DNA of 21,780 nucleotides, taken from positions 1 to 21,780 of the forward strand of contig JBDGQO010000010.1 in assembly GCA_042219045.1 (NCBI GenBank), read 5' to 3'. Shown in pieces: positions 20,131 through 21,780 of the stretch (its first letter is position 1; each line of letters starts with the position of its first letter). The DNA comes from Candidatus Bipolaricaulia bacterium. Lineage in GTDB: Bacteria > Bipolaricaulota > Bipolaricaulia > RBG-16-55-9. Both the position numbers and the translations under genes were made by a program. The notes under the pieces were generated by a model, which did not search any database, had not been told where the DNA came from, and saw only the letters and a program-made list of their open reading frames with translations.

Positions 20131-20619
20131 ATGGATACGATTCGCATTCTGTTCGTCTGCACGGGCAACATTTGCCGTTCGCCGTTGGCTGAGGGCCTGT
20201 TCGGAAAGCTCGTCGAGGACGAGGGATTCGCTCATATGTTTGAGATCGGGTCGGCCGGCACGACGAGCTTCCACGTCGGCGAACCGCCGCACCGCGGCGT
20301 GGTCCACCTGGCCCAGCAACACGGCATTGAGCTGGACGGCCGCGCCCGGCAGGTCACCAGCGGCGAAGAGCTCGAGACGTATGACTGGATCATCGGGATG
20401 ACCCCCGAGCACGTCGACCGCCTCCGTTGGATGAACGTGGATGCGGAGGACCGAATACGCCTGTTGCTCGAGTTCGCCGACGGGGCCCAGCACGGAGCGG
20501 GAGGGGTCCATGATCCCTACTACGACGGCGACTTCCAGAAGACCTACGATCAAGTCGAGGCCGGCTGTCGCGGCCTCCTGCAATACCTGAGGGACGAGCA
20601 CGCCGTCGAGTCGCCATGA
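20131..20619 (+). CDS. Low-molecular-weight protein-tyrosine phosphatase
   Basis: P-loop FVCTGNICRS, SAGT, DPYY. SD GAGGAGG. Confidence 0.95.
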   Translation: MDTIRILFVCTGNICRSPLAEGLFGKLVEDEGFAHMFEIGSAGTTSFHVGEPPHRGVVHLAQQHGIELDGRARQVTSGEELETYDWIIGMTPEHVDRLRWMNVDAEDRIRLLLEFADGAQHGAGGVHDPYYDGDFQKTYDQVEAGCRGLLQYLRDEHAVESP

Positions 20620-21518
20620 CGCTGACGGCCGCTCTGCACGGTGCCTTGGAATCCGAAATCCGGCGCGTTTTTGGAGAGGGCGTGTCGATCGAGGACAGCG
20701 CCCCTGTCGGTGGCGGCGACATCAACGAAGCTGCGCGGCTGACGCTCTCCGACGGACGTGCGGTCTTTCTCAAGCACAACCGGTCGCCGTTGCCGGAGCT
20801 CTTCGACGTCGAAGCTCGCGGGCTGGCCGAGCTGCGGCGATCCAATGCCCTGCGAATCCCTGACGTCTACGCGGTCGGGGACGCGACCGACGATCACCCG
20901 GCCTACATTCTCATGGAATGGATCCCAGATGTGGGACGACGCGGGGCCAGCGCCATGCGCACGTTCGGCCGAGGGCTGGCACAACTCCATCGAACGACGA
21001 CTAGCGCCTACGGGCTGGACCACGACAACTATATTGGCTCGTTGCCGCAACGCAACGCGGCATCGCGACGTTGGGTCGACTTCTTCCGCGAACAGCGCCT
21101 CGGCGTCCAACGCCAATTGGCTCGCGAGCGCGGCCGCTTGAGCGCCCCGCGCGACGCGCGGCTCGAGCGGCTGATGGCGCGAATGGATGAACTTTTACCT
21201 GACGAAGGCGAGCTGCATCCGTCGCTCCTGCACGGCGACCTCTGGGGCGGCAATCACATCCTCACCGACGAGGGCGTCGCGCTGATCGACCCGGCCGTCT
21301 ATTACGGCCACCGCGAGATGGATCTCGCGTTTACCGAACTCTTTGGGGGATTCCCGTCGGCGTTCTACGAGGGTTACGAGGAGGTCTGGCCGCTACGATC
21401 CGACTACGAGGATCGCAAACCGCTCTATCAGCTCTATCCGATAATGGTTCATCTGAACCTGTTCGGCGAGGCCTACGGCGGTCGCGTGGATCGAATACTA
21501 CAGCGTTACGTCGGCTGA
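20616..21518 (+). CDS. Fructosamine/ribulosamine 3-kinase family protein (YniA-like)
   Basis: VGGGDIN, VFLK, EARGL, LAQLH, DNYIG, PSLLHGDLWGGN, IDPAVYYGHREMDLA, LYQLY..HLNLFG. ATGA overlap with the LMW-PTP gene. Confidence 0.95.
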   Translation: MTLTAALHGALESEIRRVFGEGVSIEDSAPVGGGDINEAARLTLSDGRAVFLKHNRSPLPELFDVEARGLAELRRSNALRIPDVYAVGDATDDHPAYILMEWIPDVGRRGASAMRTFGRGLAQLHRTTTSAYGLDHDNYIGSLPQRNAASRRWVDFFREQRLGVQRQLARERGRLSAPRDARLERLMARMDELLPDEGELHPSLLHGDLWGGNHILTDEGVALIDPAVYYGHREMDLAFTELFGGFPSAFYEGYEEVWPLRSDYEDRKPLYQLYPIMVHLNLFGEAYGGRVDRILQRYVG

Positions 21519-21543
21519 TTCGGGAATTGAGCGCCGCGCTCAC

Positions 21544-21780
21544 TCACTCGCCAGCCTCGCCAATCGCCTGACACGCGGCCCCGACGAGCCCACCATCGTT
21601 CAGGCAGACCCGCTCGTCACCGAACTGGAGCCCGCCGTTGGCAAAGACCGCATCCAGATGGGCATCTCCATCGAGATCGCCCAGCGCGACATCCCGACTG
21701 TCCCGTCGCGTCGTTCCGATGGCCTCACACGCTCGATCGGGATTGAACGATCCATTCTGGTTGGCACAGACCGTGTTCGG
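21544..21780 (-). CDS. C-terminal end of an FG-GAP/VCBS-repeat protein (5' part outside the window)
   Basis: Hand translation: PNTVCANQNGSFNPDRACEAIGTTRRDSRDVALGDLDGDAHLDAVFANGGLQFGDERVCLNDGGLVGAACQAIGEAGE*. It contains a DxDGDxxxD Ca-binding motif. Confidence 0.8.
   Translation of the reverse strand, partial: PNTVCANQNGSFNPDRACEAIGTTRRDSRDVALGDLDGDAHLDAVFANGGLQFGDERVCLNDGGLVGAACQAIGEAGE

Overview
GC-rich bacterial window with no rRNA, tRNA, CRISPR array or transposase that I can see. From left to right it holds: (1) a minus-strand NuoE-like / NuoF(HydB)-GltD fusion / Cys-type molybdopterin formate dehydrogenase operon, with the FDH running off the left edge and therefore missing from the ORF track; (2) a divergent pair of unknown genes behind a leader that can fold into two alternative structures; (3) an Old Yellow Enzyme; (4) a copA-csoR copper locus with a clear promoter and operator, followed by a partly decayed tract (two probable pseudogenes, a small ORF, a YVTN beta-propeller and a Met/Gly-rich membrane protein); (5) a FAR-like extended SDR; (6) a membrane-proteostasis cluster with NfeD and a small membrane protein divergent from SPFH and a zinc-ribbon rhomboid; (7) a small helical protein, a probable leaderless outer-membrane beta-barrel gene and an LMW-PTP plus fructosamine-kinase pair; (8) the 3' end of an FG-GAP/VCBS protein at the right edge. 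The best candidate for an under-described system is the FDH complex. Its beta subunit keeps electron-bifurcation signature motifs, but a GltD-like NADPH module replaces the ferredoxin domain. All calls come from reading motifs by eye; no searches were run.
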